DNA of 64,000 nucleotides, from positions 10,049,403 through 10,113,402 of the forward strand of contig CM082587.2 of the NCBI GenBank assembly GCA_040954595.2, read 5' to 3'. Source of the DNA: Balanoglossus misakiensis (lineage: Eukaryota > Animalia > Hemichordata). Position 1 is the stretch's first letter. Each line of letters begins with the position of its first letter. The notes under the pieces are model-generated. The model was given only the letters and a program-made list of their open reading frames with translations, was not told the DNA's origin and searched no databases. A program made the translations under genes and the position numbers. This document shows positions 25,830 through 40,446 of this stretch, piece by piece.

Positions 25830-28110
25830 TTTAACTCTGGGCTAATTCCTATTAACTTCGCAGGGCTTCGCATTCTAGTCCCTTCAGCGCTTAACATTCC
25901 CGCTTGACGCGCGAGACTACAGAACCTCAAATGTAGCATTAATTGCAGATTTTCTCGAATTAACTTCAGAAGTCTGCCTGTTTCCAACGCGCGCAATCAC
26001 GTTTCAGCTCTGCTTTTCGCACAGCATATTGATGCGTTTGTTTGTACAGAGGTAGCCTATGGTGCCACAGTTGGGCCATTTGATTCCAAACCACTTTCAG
26101 TTCCCATAGCGACTTCACCCCTGTCTTCAGTGCCTAAGAAGGGCACCTCAGATAGGCGTACTATTATGGACTTTAGCTTCCCACCCTCATCTTCAGTTAA
26201 CGCAAATATCCCGGCAGACACATTCCTGGGCCAGACATGATTACCACCTTACCTACCCCAGCATTGACCATTTTCATCAATACCTTAGGTCCGGGGTGTC
26301 ACCTTTTCAAGCTCGATCTGCGGCGGGCAAATAGACAACTTCCAGTAGATCCTCACTATTTTCACTTGCTTGGTTATACATGAGGGGGGTCACTTTTTAT
26401 TGACTTACGGCTCCCATTCGGACTTCGCTCCGCAGCGTTAGCATGCAAAGCTACCACAAACGATATTATTTTAATGTACAATAAGCTAGGTTTTCAGGCA
26501 GTTAATTTCCCTAGATGACTTCTGCGGCGCAGAAAAAGCCTCACTGTCAAGTTGTGCATTTTACGCCCTGCGCTCAGTCAGCTCGGGATGGAGGAGGCAC
26601 AAAGCAAGGCCATCTTACCTACAACGTGTCTTTCCTTTTAGGCGTACAAGTCGACACCGTTGCCATGACATTAAGCGTCACCGAGGATAAACTCGTCGAA
26701 TTACTGGATTTGCTGAACACATGGGTCATCAACAAAAAGGCCACAAGACGCGAACTGCAAGTTTTAATTGGCAAATTGTCTTTTATTTCCAGCTGTGTTC
26801 GCCCAGGTCATTTGTTTATCAGCCGTATGTTGGACACCCTTTGTTCAGTCAAATCATCATATCACCATATTTACTTGACCGCGCATTTCCACAAAAACGT
26901 CCATTGGTGGATCATCTTTATTGGGGACCGTTCAGTTTTTACGCCTGGGGGGGGGGGGGGGGGGTCACTTAAATTTTGAAGTCCAAAAGGAGGGGTGTCA
27001 TCTTTTTTTTAAACGTTTAGGGGGTCACATACTTTTGCCACAAAACTGTTGCTTTTGAGTCCACAGAATTGCAGTTTCGCGCCTTTTATTTTACAAAATG
27101 TTCTAATGTTTGAGTGGGACACCCCCTCCCACACCCATCCCCCTTCATTTATCAACACCTTTCAATCATTGACTGGATTATCTAGTGTCCCAGGTCAGGG
27201 GACTTGCCCCCCCCCCCATGCTAACTTTGAGCGGGGAAGGTTAATTCTGTCCTCCCCAACATACCGGTAGTTGAATTAATTTGCTTTTGGGTTCATTAAA
27301 ATTCAGATATGAGCTCTGTTTTTTTATTACATTTTCTTACGTGGGAGGGGGACACCCCCTCCCAAACCCAACCCCTTCACTTCTCAGTTTACAATGTCTG
27401 CCAACACAGAATACAAATACTTACAAAATATAAACAATGTTCAGTTTTAATACCCACTGATGAGGGAAGACATCAGTTTCAAATTCTTTTCATGGAAGTG
27501 CTGTTTTTCTTTTAAATGCAACTTTGAGCTTGATATTTTGCAAAATTTTCTCATGTGGGAGGGGGACACCCCCTCCAACACCCACCCCCGCCACTTTTAT
27601 TGTTTTACCAATCATACCAACTATCGTATCGACTTGTTATTTTCATTTATTCATAATTCATGATTGCAACGATATACTATTATATACTTCAATTACTTTA
27701 AGAAATTTATAATTGAGGTGTGAGGAGCCTCATTCCCTTTCTTGCATACAGTGTACATAGGATCAGGACGGCTAATGTTTTCGGCGTGGGGGGGGGGGGG
27801 TCATCATATTTTTTTGGCCTGTCAAACGGGGGGAGTCATCATTTTTGGTCCTGGGTGAAGGGGGGGGGGCGGCCTGATGTTGAAAACACATGACACAAAC
27901 TTTCCGCCGCCCCCCCCCCCAGCCGTAAAAACTGAACGGTCCCTTAGGCAGTACAATGGTGTGTCGATCATTCTCAACAAGGGGTGGACAACTCCAAACA
28001 GCATATTTTGCACTGACGCTTACCTTACAGGTTGTAGCGGCATCTCTGGCTCCCAGTATTTCTATACTCAGTTCCCAACAAAAGTTTTGAAACTGCATCT
28101 CCCTATCCCT
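25830..28110 (+). pseudogene. DIRS/Ngaro-type retrotransposon RT-RNase H relic, split by a MITE
   Basis: Frame-broken translation gives NHVSA..GPF, SPLSSVPKK..RRTIMDFSFP..SVN, KLDLRRANRQLPVDP, LPFGLRSA, LDDF (YxDD), LGVQVDT, RRELQVLIGKLSF, HWW, then YNGVS..FCTDAYLTGCSG (RNase H). Multiple stops and frameshifts. Confidence 0.88.
26924..27943. mobile_element. PIF/Harbinger-type MITE inserted in the DIRS ORF
   Basis: TT(G)|GGGACCGTTCAGTTTTTACG.CTGGGG ... CCCCAGCCGTAAAAACTGAACGGTCCC|TTA. Removing it restores the frame WWIIF-IRQYNGV. Confidence 0.85.
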
Positions 28111-28710
28111 ATTTGCTGGTTTGTCTAGTGTACCAGGGCAGAGTACTTGCTACCCCGCCCCACCGATGCCTACTTTGAGTGGAGTGGCAAAAGTAAAGTT
28201 TGTCCTCCCTAACATTGACTTAATTTGCTTAAAATGCAACTTTGGGTACTGTATTTTACAAGATTTTCTTATGAGGGAGGGGACACCCCCTACACTTTTC
28301 TTGTTTTACCAATCCTACCAACTATTGTACTGACTTGTCATTTTAATTTAGTCATAGAATTCTTTATTGCAACAATACAACAAATGTATACACTTTAATT
28401 ATGAATTTCTTTAAGAAATTATTAATTTCTTTAAGAAATTTATAATTGAGGTGTGAGGAGCCTTACCCCATTGCCTTTCTTGAGTAACGGTATTAATCAC
28501 CCCATTGCTCTGGCCGTGTAACGGTATTAGTCACCCCATTGCCCTGGTGGAGTAACGGTATTACTTTATACTTTACAGTGACAATAGACAGGTTCGGCTA
28601 CACGTTTTACGTGAACGCGTAGAACCCACGTTCGCGTTGACGTTTAGACTAGTCTGACTTGCTCCAAGACTGTGTGATACTGAGTCACGTGAGACGCAGT
28701 GTTCAGCGAA

Positions 28711-29160
28711 TCTACAGAGTCTACCGGAAAACTTTCTTAACTCGGGCCAGTGTGTTCTGCGCATCACAACGGAATATGCAAATAACGAGACGGTGTTTGA
28801 AAGCAACCATGGATATTTGAGAACAAACAGTCGATCTACAGAGTCTACCGGAAAACTTTCTTAATGCGCTCAGGCCTGTGTGTTCTACGCATCACAACGG
28901 AATATGCAAATAACAAGACGGTGTTTGGAATCAACCATGGATATTTGAGAACAAACAGTCGATCTACAGAGTCTACCGAAAAACTTTCTTATTCGCTCCG
29001 GCCTGTGTGTATTCGCATCACAACGGAATATGCAAATAACGAGACAGTGTTTGGAAGCAACCATGGATATTTTAGAACAAACAGTCGATCTACAGAGTCT
29101 ACTGGAAAACTTTCTTAATGCGCTCAGGCCTGTGTGTTCTACGCATCACAACGGAATATG
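28711..29160. repeat. Tandem array, ~126-bp unit, ~3.6 copies
   Basis: TCTACAGAGTCTAC at 28711, 28835, 28963, 29089. Confidence 0.9.
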
Positions 29161-32100
29161 AGTTAGGCCTACGTGTTGGAATAATCGCAGCCGGGCGTAT
29201 TCGACATTGAGTGCAGCAATGCCAAAACAATACATGGTTCAAAGTAGCAAGTCGGACCAATTGCTATCATAAGAATGTCAAGATTTACATGAAGCGTAAA
29301 GGCAGACCAGGGCCTCTATAATTGACTATCTCCATACAGTAGAACTAATTACATGGTCTAAACATTAGCGTCGAATGAAATAGAAAGTATTGAGGCACAC
29401 CTTACACCATGAATAGATCCACGTGGAAGACAGCAGCCAACCTAGCTCCGTGTAACGCCGGGAACACACATAACAGACCTGTACGCAGAGCTACAGCCAA
29501 CCGAGTATAAATTACAATCTGTACAAGCGCTTTCAATTTGTCTTTTCCCATAGGATTGCTGGAAAACCCGCGTCTGCTATTGTCATTTTCATGAACGTTT
29601 AGGTCTACACATAACTCAGTCAAATGAATTAAAATTGAATGGTAGACAACAATTGAATAGCCAACGCGCTCAATTTCGAGATATGTTCACCCATGGGAAA
29701 AACAGAAAATTGTGCCTCGGTAGTTTTTATTTTCATTATGATCGACTAAACTCACGGCCAGCACGTTTTAACCCCATGCAATTTATTAGCGATCGAAAAA
29801 ATGCTTAGTAAGGAGAATAAACAACCAGCAACTTCTAAAGAGAAGTGACAAGACTCTTAATTTTACCAATATTCTCGCATTAGTATTCTCGCCTACTTGC
29901 TCCGTGTCTACAGCATTTGCCACAATTGACAAATGAGCGGACTCCACTTTTCTGCTAACCACCTTTGGAAATATTTATTAGTGGCTTTCGCTGTGCAGCC
30001 GCCATTATTTTTATAGTGTCACTGTCCATACTTTGGGGCTATTTTTCACATACACTGAATGATGACGGAGCTCAGCTAGTGCCCTCGAGCGATATGTTTT
30101 CCATTCTTAGAATATCCAAACGAAAACACACCAAGTTTTCTGCCAGCTGTTTGTATTTTAATTTTCTGGCGTTGAACAAGCTGCAATGACTGTGTGGTGC
30201 AGTTCGTTTCACTTTGTAGCCTTACTCGGACTATTTTGCAGACACACATGTTAAAACTAGGTTGTCGGCATTGACAATCTCATAAATAATATGGTATCGA
30301 CCAGTGCAGGCCCACGTTCCCGTCCGCAGTTCATTTTCAACTTGAAAATTATTTTTATAGTACAGTATTATAATATTATAACCGGAGCACGCCCTCAACA
30401 GGGTTGACCTTTGGCCTGTCAAAAAAACACTCGAGCGCCATGACACTTGAGTGTCGGTGCATCGACCAGAAGTAATATTATATTGATTTATTGTGGATTC
30501 AACTCGAGTCATATCGAGATGAATCAAGGAGTCATGGTCCAAGTCATGGTCCAGGTAAAATACAGTTTTCAGCCACGATACGATGTGATACACGACTAAA
30601 CCCAAACGCAACTGCAGAACCGTAGCTCGAGGTTTAACCTTGTGAGCAAAGGCACACGGCACGATCGCTTCGCGATGGTCGCGATGGGGCTGCAGTAAGT
30701 ATGTTTACACCTTTGGTTATAATCCAGCAACAGGCCTGGTTTGGCATGCATATGTGACTGGTGAAATTCCTCCAACACCTCTTCAGGCCCTAAATAAATA
30801 ATGTTCGCTCTCTTAGACAGCTTCAAGTTGTGATTATAATGGTGGGCCTGTAATTCCTCATTATAACCAGTAAACTAGTACAATTTACTGTCTCAGACCT
30901 GGACAATTGACACCGCTATCAATATTTTATTTGCAAGTAAGCTTACATGAAAACGAGGAAACAGACGTGTGGTATGATTCCACTTTATTTGAAATAATGA
31001 AATTTGTTATTTATCATCCTTGATGTCATTTCATTATTTATTTTTTTAGATATGTGGGAATACCATTCCGCAAAGTTCAGAACAATCCGGCTCCAGCGAA
31101 CCGAAGAGAGCTATAAGGTATGTTAATTTTGAAATACAATTTAGAATTTTCAAACAAATATATTTAGTTTGGGGTTTAATATTACCGATAACCGAGAAGT
31201 TGATGACAATTTTATCAAGGAGTCTGCGTATTCACGCATGTAGAATTTCTGTTGGAACAGATTTCTGAATGTCGCTGACTATGCAAAATCCCAATTATGC
31301 TGACAATGTAAAATTCCAATTCTGAATGAAGAAATTCTACATGCTTGAATACGCAGACGCCAGATTCAATCTGACTATCTGTAAGGCAAAGTTGTGAAAT
31401 CGAATTGTTGTACTGAAAAATGGAATGTTGAATTGTGAAATCAAATTTTGAACTAAGAAATGGAATGTTGAATAGAAATAAGAATAGCAAAATGAGGAGT
31501 TGTAATTTTGTCATGGATTGTCACACTATAGACTGCCAACACTCTCTTGAACAATGCTGCAAAGTCTTCTCAATTGATACACACATGGCAACCAACAATC
31601 AGCCAGCAGTTTTCTAAAGTAAAATGGGCTAAAAAAACTGATTCTTTTAATGGCCATAATATCATGTGACCTATTATATAACATATTTTGACTGTCTTGA
31701 CATGGCTCTCATACGTACTTAGACACACTTGGCAGTCTGAGCCCCCTGTAAAATGTACCCAATTGTACTGCTTTGCACTGTATTGGTCTGAGGGTCTTGT
31801 ATAGGCCGTACTGATTAACACACACCTGGCAGTCTAACAGACCTGGGAGCCTGGATTCTAGGCACCCTGGAAATCAAACCAGTTCATACTGACTTGGCAC
31901 TGTTAGGGATATATAACATAATGATTTTGTACTGTGCACCACCCTGTTCCTCCATGTCATTGTTTCAAAATATAAACTTTAAGCATTTAGGACTTTGATA
32001 ATTGCCACCATGCTGCAATTCCTGAAAGCGTCTTTTATAATCCATAATGAATAATTCTTCCCATTTCATTCACAGAGAGTTAGATGTAGGCAGCGCCAGT

Positions 32101-32964
32101 TAGGAGCTAGAGAGGGAAGATTGGACTTGTTGCGATTCATGGTAAGTAATTTACAACAATTGTAGAAAACCTGAAACTGAATTCTCTTTTCATATCTGTA
32201 ACCCGGAAATAGCCAAACACATTTTGTTCACACATGGCGCAAGAACTATGTGCTTTTAAAGCTACTATATGAATAAGCGAGTGTCATCCTGCATGTTCAT
32301 ACAAGTTCAATCACATGATACAGAGGTTCTGTTCGATTATTTTTCCTTTGCAAATTGCATACTTAAATATGCATTCAGAATTTACTTTGCATAAATATAA
32401 CAATCTTGCCTCAAGTGGGTAGGCATTTGAAAGCCTGAATAGAACACCACCGTACCGGTACATTATTACAAAGTTTGATCTATGAATGTCATGTTGCCTG
32501 AGTGAAAATTGTAACATTTCTGTGCATTTCTGCATTATTCGTATCTTGTAAGCCTCGCTGAATACAATTTGCAAATTTGCACTTGCGGTGTATGCATCCT
32601 TCATTATCTTTGTGTAATTATGGTCAGACATTTTGAAATGCGCAGGATTTTGCATTAACGGAACCACTGATCATGATAGTTCTAACCTTTATGCCATGGC
32701 AATCATGAATGTAACTGTAGCCATATTGTACAGACTTAATGTAACAAATCATTTGTTGTCTTACTGATGTTTTCTGTCCAAGTTTTTAAGCATTGTTCAA
32801 TCTGATTCTGCAATGATGGAAACAAACGAATTTGTGCTACATTCTGAGAAATGGGGATGTAGCTAATACTAGTATGAATTTTATGAGTGCCTGAGAAGGC
32901 TATCTGTGACATGGGTGTACTGCACGATCGAGTTGCACATTCATGGGCATTCAAATACATAAGA

Positions 32965-32978
32965 GCGCCCTCTAGCGG
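32965..32978 (-). promoter_or_regulatory. CTCF-like motif CCGCTAGAGGGCGC
   Basis: Motif match on the minus strand only. Confidence 0.3.
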
Positions 32979-34345
32979 TTGGCTATGACAATGTTTTTAA
33001 ATTTGAACAACCTGTATAGGCTCACGAGCATCAACAGTAAAAGCAACATAAAGGAAATATTGGTATTTTTGTCGGAAAATTTGCATAATTATAATTTTCG
33101 AGTCAATTATATATTATTGCCCTGAAACTAATAAGACAAGTATTATGGTACGAGTTATTGGACTTCATTTACTCTGACTTTGATCAACAATTTTAAAGTA
33201 ATAATTTGAAATCCATTTGTAACTTGGATCAACTATTTGTGGTCCTTTAAAAATGTGCTTATCTTGGGTTTTATAGTGTACCTTGATCCATCATTCTATA
33301 CTCAGTAAATGTGTCATTGACCGAAATGGCATGACATTGACAGTTTTCAACATTTCAGTTTCAAGGATTTGCTAATTCTATTTTTTTGTATAATTTGAAC
33401 TAGGCAAGAGATCCTCCAGATGAACCCCCAGAAAAGCCCAATGTAAGTAGCTTTGGTTGTTCTGACGTGTGCTTTCATACAATGTTTAAAGGGAAGCGGT
33501 CATCGGGTGGGTGTCCCCCTTGATGAGAATATATCCCTTCATATACCAGCACAAACCTCACTGTAGTCACCACAACCAGGATCTTCAGTTGCTGCCATGC
33601 CCAGTCTATGCTACGGTTGGCTGCTTCGTTCATTCAAGGAATTATTTAATTTCAGGGATTTGAAGGTGAATTCTAATGTCTATCAACAAACAAACGCAGC
33701 GCGCTGACCCCTTCACTTTAAAGTGCTACAATATTATGCAAAATTTCAATATGTGTAAGATCTGTATTTGGTATAGAGGTGCATTATCACTTATCAGTTA
33801 TATTTTCTCTTTCCAGCTCTATGAGGTTAACTGGCAATGGTTGTGTTTTCGTAAGTATGAGCACATTAAACTGTTATGGCAATTTATGTATGTATATACA
33901 TGTATTTGTGTGTGTATGTACTATGTATGTGTGTGTATGTATGAATTTACCGTAATCATTCCATCAGTTCGACCAGAAAAAAATATATATGATTAGTGAA
34001 AAGGCAAACTAATAGAATAAAAATAACATAAAACAAAAATGGCCGCTCAAAGTGCTTGAATAATTTTTCAGGGGGCATGTTTGCATGACATGAATTGCAT
34101 GCATTATAAGCATGTAGTTTTGGTGATATTTATGATAGAATTGAACTGTTAAAAGTCACACAGAATAAAATCAGTGAGTTCTTAATACCTTGGAAGGTAG
34201 AAGTTGCAGATATCTTCTTGAAAAATATACAATATCAATATCATGCATTTAATCAGTGGTCAAACAATTGAAGGTTATAAAATAATTAATTTTCCAAAGA
34301 ATAGTGGGTGGTTGATTTAATAAAGGAGTTGAACTGATGGAGTGA

Positions 34346-34462
34346 GTATGTATGTATGTATGTATGTATGTATGTGTGTGTGTGTATGTATGTATGTATG
34401 TATGTATGTATGCATGCATGCTGCATGCATTATGTATGTATGTATGTATGTATGTATGTATG
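34346..34462. repeat. (TATG)n/(TG)n microsatellite, continued at 34972-35070 and 36778-36847
   Basis: Directly visible. Source of the spurious MYVC/HTYI ORFs. Confidence 0.97.
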
Positions 34463-34971
34463 CAGGGCTCGCGTTCACGTCTATTTCTTGCGTTTTCACG
34501 CAAAACTACAATGTGTGCGCGCAAATATTTTGTCACAGTTGCGTGACATGCACGCAAAAAGTTGAAAGATAACATCTGGTGAGGCTAATGGGCTATACGG
34601 GGTGCCTTTTCAAGGTTGGTCGGTTGGGCGCCCTGTACACATGTACGCGTATGCGAGCTTGTATGCTGTAGCAGGACGCACAGTGATGTACGTGCGGTAA
34701 CCCAGGCCACAAACTTGGCACGTGTCGGCCCTATAATTTATGCACGCAGAAACCATTAGATATAAAAAAGTAAGTAGGGCTTCCCGGTCATTTTCCTTAA
34801 AGAATTTTTTTGTGTTGGACCGTCTAGACATGAAGGGAGAACTCATTATCTGAAAGCCTGCTTTGTCTATCGCTATTTTGTTGCACGTAATTCAAATACA
34901 ATTTCACACAAATTTTTTTGGCTCTTTGCGTGCACTGTATGTAAAAAATTAAATATCAAACGCAAGCCCTG
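34463..34971. mobile_element. hAT-type MITE inside the (TATG)n tract
   Basis: CAGGGCTCGCGTT ... AACGCAAGCCCTG inverted termini. TSD length is ambiguous within the microsatellite. Confidence 0.75.
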
Positions 34972-35070
34972 GTATGTATGTATGTATGTATGTTTGTATG
35001 TATGTGCGTGCGTGCATGCGTGTGTGCGTACTGCGTGTATGTATGTATGTATGTATGTATGTATGTATGT

Positions 35071-36770
35071 AGCAAGCTTAGGGTACCTATTTGGTGGACA
35101 CTTTCATCAAAAAATAAAAGTCTGATTTTGTCTCATTTCATGTCATGGCAGGAAAGTAGGACTGTTACTGTTTATGGAAACACATGTTAAAAGATAACTT
35201 TCTGGATAATTATTGTGATACGGCCGGTCCTTTTATGATATGCAAAACACCTACTACGGACGTGACATTCATTTTTTTCACAGAAAAACTTTCACAAAGG
35301 AACACAAGAACAAGTTAGATTTACATTTCATTTCACATTTGATAAAAAGAAAGCATAGTGAAAGATGTAAATCAGTTTTCAACGGTTACAAACCATAATT
35401 CTTACTCCTACAGGAAAATGTAATACTCCTACAGGAAAATGTAATATATGTCAGTTAACGTGTCATACACTTTCAATATTTTAACAACAATGTGATAATA
35501 AAGCCCCATATTCTATATATGTGGTACAGATACAAGTAGTCTTCATAAGGTCAGCAGAAGTAAGAGTTTGAGACGAAGTTTATTAAACACAACTTGGTTT
35601 TTAAAGATATTTCAACACGGTCACACCTACTACGGATGTGACAATTATCATCAGATGATGGAATAAACAAGTAGCATAATGAATTTTGTCAACATTAAAC
35701 TTCATAAACTTCTTTCTTTCTGCATTTTTCCTTTTCTGGTACTCATAGATGTCACTTTGCAATGGGTCTGTCATCAATTTTTGACAATACCATTTTCTGC
35801 TAAACACATTTGATATGTTGTCTGTGGCTATTCATTTTCTCCGTGATCACAGCTTTTCCTGAAATGAAAGGAAAGAGATTTGAATTATTTTTATTCCTCT
35901 AAGTCATGCAAAACAATTATTTTAGTTTTTCATCTGTAAAAGGACAAAATATATTTAGGCTGCTATGGATGTGACACAAAGGCTACTACGGATGTGACAC
36001 AAATCTACTACGGACGTGACGTTGCGGAAGCATAATTTTCTTCATTTTTCCAAAAAGAAATTAGCACACTCACCTTTTGGGCTATGGTCTGAGTACATCT
36101 TCCTTCAGTGGTGACACCACACAGCAGAATGACTTGAAGGGTCTGAGTATTGAAATACTGGACCCCATACCTCGGACGTGACACAATGTTGCGGACACTC
36201 AGGGCTGATCTTTTGAATGTCAGTAAAAAATTTAAACAGGGTATCTGTATCTCATATACATGTGCAACAACAAAGGTATGAAACTAATAATTAAAAAATG
36301 TTGTTGCATTACTACCACAGGGTTCTGTTGCAGAATGACAGCCCAGTAAAAATATGACATCATTTTTTACCCTTATTTGGTAACACAGCTGTTATTATGA
36401 ACAAGTACAGAATACAGGTCACAAAAAACACTCATCAATGATGCAGTAGTGCTTAAGAGATTCCATGAAGGTGTAGGAAATAAAATATCTCTACAAATTG
36501 TTCCAACAAATGGTTACAAAGACAGAATTAATGTTTACATTATGGCCCTTTTTAAATTTGGCCACCGGTAACGCAGAAAATCAGCAAAATTATGACCATT
36601 TTTTTTTAAATAAATAAAAATGACTTTGTCAAATGAACCAAAAGTTATCTATGTTTTGAAACATGCTGAAATTGATAAAATACTGCAAAAATACCCAACA
36701 TATATCCACAAATTAAGCAGAAGTAGGCTGGTAACACTGTTCCTTAAAAAATAGGTACCCTAAGCTTGCT
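35071..36770 (-). mobile_element. Internally deleted DNA transposon with 22-bp inverted ends
   Basis: AGCAAGCTTAGGGTACCTATTT ... AAATAGGTACCCTAAGCTTGCT. Reiterated CTACTACGGA(C/T)GTGACA motif (~35251, 35628, 35984, 36005, 36172). Minus-strand donor/acceptor pair and a basic peptide RKWYCQKLMTDP..YEYQKRKNAERKK. Confidence 0.75.
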
Positions 36771-36847
36771 TTTACCGATGTATGTATGTATGTATGTATG
36801 TATGTATGTATGTATGTATGTATGTATGTATGTATGTATGTATGTAT

Positions 36848-37875
36848 GGATGGATGGATGGATGGATAGGATGGATGGATGGATCTTGTGTGGTGCACCT
36901 GACTTTGACAGTACCTGTTTGCAAACGTTGGAAGCAGTCATCTTGGGCATGGCTGGACAGAAATTTGTGCAAGACGGCAGCCAGTACCTGACCCTTGCCT
37001 TTTAGCTGACACAGCCAGCAGTGGGAATGGGGTAGGGGAGCAGGCCAGGATGGATGGATGTATGGATGGATGGATGGATGGATGGATGGATCTTGTGTGG
37101 TGCACCTGACTTTGACAGTACCTGTGTGCAAACGTTGGAAGCAGTCATCTTGGGCATGGCTGATCAGAAATTTGTGCAAGACGGCAGCCAGTACCTGACC
37201 TTTGACTTTTAGCTGGCACAGCCAGCAGTGGAAATGGGGTAGGGGAGCAGGCCAGGATGGATGGATGTATGGATGGATGGATGGATAGGATGGATGGATG
37301 GATGGATCTTGTGTGGTGCACCTGACTTTGACAGTACCTGTGTGCAAACGTTGGAAGCAGTCATCTTGGGCATGGCTGGACAGAAATTTGTGCAAGACGG
37401 CGGCCAGTACCTGACCTTTGACTTTTAGCTGGCACAGCCAGCAGTGGAAATGGGGTAGGGGAGCAGGCCAGGATGGATGGATGTATGGATGGATGGATGG
37501 ATAGGATGGATGGATGGATGGATCTTGTGTGGTGCACCTGACTTTGACAGTACCTGTGTGCAAACGTTGGAAGCAGTCATCTTGGGCATGGCTGATCAGA
37601 AATTTGTGCAAGACGGCAGCCAGTACCTGACCTTTGACTTTTAGCTGGCACAGCCAGCAGTGGAAATGGGGTAGGGGAGCAGGCCAGGATGGATGGATGT
37701 ATGGATGGATGGATGGATAGGATGGATGGATGGATGGATCTTGTGTGGTGCACCTGACTTTGACAGTACCTGTGTGCAAACGTTGGAAGCAGTCATCTTG
37801 GGCATGGCTGATCAGAAATTTGTGCAAGACGGCAGCCCATTCCTGACCCTTGCCTTTTAGCTGACACAGCCAGGA
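36848..37875. repeat. Tandem array, 216-bp unit with embedded (GGAT)n, ~5 copies
   Basis: CTTGTGTGGTGCACCTGAC at 36885, 37092, 37308, 37524, 37740. Confidence 0.95.
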
Positions 37876-39823
37876 ACGAGACTACTGGAAATACCTCTTC
37901 TACAGGCAATATTTTACACTATTTTTGTTTTTTTCCTCAGGTTCTGCACAAGAGTCAACACGCCAAAGATAAGTTCACGATAGAAGAAGTAACAGAGATC
38001 TTCTGCAGCCGTAAAATGCTTCTTCTTAAGCAACAAGCACGATTAAAAATCCAATTAGATTGAACAGAATGAGGCCATGTTGATGGATTTCACGAAATTG
38101 GCGCAAACGTTTGAAACACTCCAGCAGGAGACAAGGTAGGTGTGGTGTACACTTGGATATATTTGTAAAGTTGAATATACCGGTACATGATATACTAAAG
38201 TGGCACCTTTCTGCCAACAAAAATTCAGCGGTCTGATTATGTGGTATGTACTCTAATATTGCAGTCACATTTGGGCCATCCCAAGCAGAGAAGGGTCTTA
38301 TGGTCATAAGTATCGCAGACCTCTTTCTGCTTCCGATGGCCCATTATATTTTGCAGGACACAATTTTCATTTCAATCAGAGCACACTCATAAGATTTGCA
38401 CATTGTACATGTGGTATCTCATGACAGTATTGTAGTCATCATGTACTGCATGACCAGGGTTCGACACTGGTATAAAAATGTTCACTATCCCGCAGGACCA
38501 GTAAAATGTATAATTCAGTGGTCCTGTGAAATATTTGCTAGTCCTGTCAACAAGTCTCATGATTTTCACATTTTTCGTAGCAATAAGGGAATCTGGAAAG
38601 GGATGTATTGAGAGGTATGCATATGGCATGCTGGAAATGAGGCTACATGTACAAATGTCACAGGCCAAAAGACTAAATAAGAGCTGGGAATTTATCTTTG
38701 CTGAATCTACATTGGCTTTGCAATCGCTTTATCAAAAAGAAACTTCCATAACAACCTGTACACTTGACAAGTCAAGGCAGGCGTAAATGTATCAATTTGT
38801 AAGCATAACCCATTCAAAATATGCAAATTAGGAAAAGACGCATATGCATTCTTTGCGTCCCCAGAGACACACACAGGAAATCAAGCGAGTGCGACCACTA
38901 GCTGGAAGAGCTGAATTCAATGCATTGCCTTACGATGTTCAAAATACAGGGGGGTGATGATCATTAACAGAACAACGGTCCACTTTCACTCACGCTGATC
39001 ATGGCAAAACAAACGATGATGTTTAGCGTGTTTACTTGTCTGAAAGTCACTATCCCGCCGGACTACTGGCAAAAACATTTTACTGGTCCTTACAGAAAAT
39101 TACTAGACTCGGGATAGTGGGCCAGCGTGTATGTCGAACCCTGCATGACTGGTCGGCCCAGCCTCAAGCAGTTCAAAAATAATGTACACCCAAAAGGAAC
39201 ATGGTCTTAGAGTTTTTGTGCCAACCAAAATCAAACGGTCTAATTATGTGGTAGTAATTTTGTCAACAGTCACTAATTGTAAAAAAAAGGTATTAAAGCA
39301 GTGAAAATGCTCTGAGTTGTGGACAGAGTTGCATCACCCAGGAAAATACAGATGAGGTCGTCAAATTGCACCCAAATGAAAAAAAAAATAACGTGGTCTG
39401 GCTGCAAAACGCCTCAGCCAAATTTTGTATAAATTGGGTCCATACAAATGAAAATTGGGTCCACCAAAATTGAAAAGGTGTCTGCAAATATTACAGTAGT
39501 GCTGACCCAGAATTTGAATTGTTGTTGGCATGTAGGGGCCAATATGGTCCATTGCATTTTCTCATCAGGGGCCACCCGTTTGTTTGTATATTGGCCAGAC
39601 TTTTGAAAACAACATATTTTGATCAAACCACCATCTTTTAAATTGCGTCTTTTTCAATAATGTCTTAGCTTTCATTTTTGTGTGTATATACCAAGAATGT
39701 GGCAGTTTCTTGAAGAGGGTGCACATACGTGTCTAGCAATTTTGGAAATCACTGAAAATAACCCATAAATTGATGAAATATGAGTCAGTTTGAGCCCATG
39801 AGTCTTGTGCATACTATCAACTA

Positions 39824-40005
39824 CTGTGGAACAGGTTATTTTCGCGAGTAATAAATTTAAGCGAAATACGGGAGAGCAAAAAATACGCGAAATATAGTTG
39901 AGAAAGAACAATGTGCATGAGAACGCGAAAATTAACTCTCGCGTAACAGTGGCCTCTTTCGATGTCACGAAAAATTTCAACTCGCGAAAATAACATGTTT
40001 TACAG
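39824..40005. mobile_element. Short Tc1/mariner-type MITE (TA TSD)
   Basis: TA|CTGTGGAACAGGTTATTTTCGCGAGT ... ACTCGCGAAAATAACATGTTTTACAG|TA with repeated CGCGAAA motifs. Confidence 0.8.
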
Positions 40006-40446
40006 TATCTCTAATGTTGTAATGTCTTGGGTTTCTTTCAGCTGGGATAATCTGCAGCATGAAAAAAACAAGAACGAGTACCACCAACAATTCGAACAAA
40101 TGGATGAGGCACTGGCCGCTTTCAGCCGAAAAGCCAGAGTGTTGAAAACGTGGTGGAAAGGTATGGTGAATCTTGACCCCTGTGTGACCTTTACATCCTG
40201 GTTTTTTGTTGGTATAATTGAACCATTTTGAGTTTAAACTCTGGATCAGCCAACCTTACACACTGAATCTGTGCATATAGTTGTAAATCATCCCAAAACA
40301 ATAATATTGTCTACTACACAAAAGGGACGCATGTTGTGTGTAATGTTGAATCATATGCCAACAAAACACAGGTGTTTCTAAAACGTGTAATGAGCAGAAC
40401 CTACAGTAATGACCAATAATGAACTTGAAATAGATAGAATGATTAA

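Noticed and set aside
34249-35190. Cluster of MYVC/HTYI ORFs
   Set aside because: (TATG)n microsatellite translations.
36772-37827. 351-aa minus-strand ORF
   Set aside because: 216-bp repeat plus (ATCC)/(ATAC) microsatellite translation with no recognisable domain.
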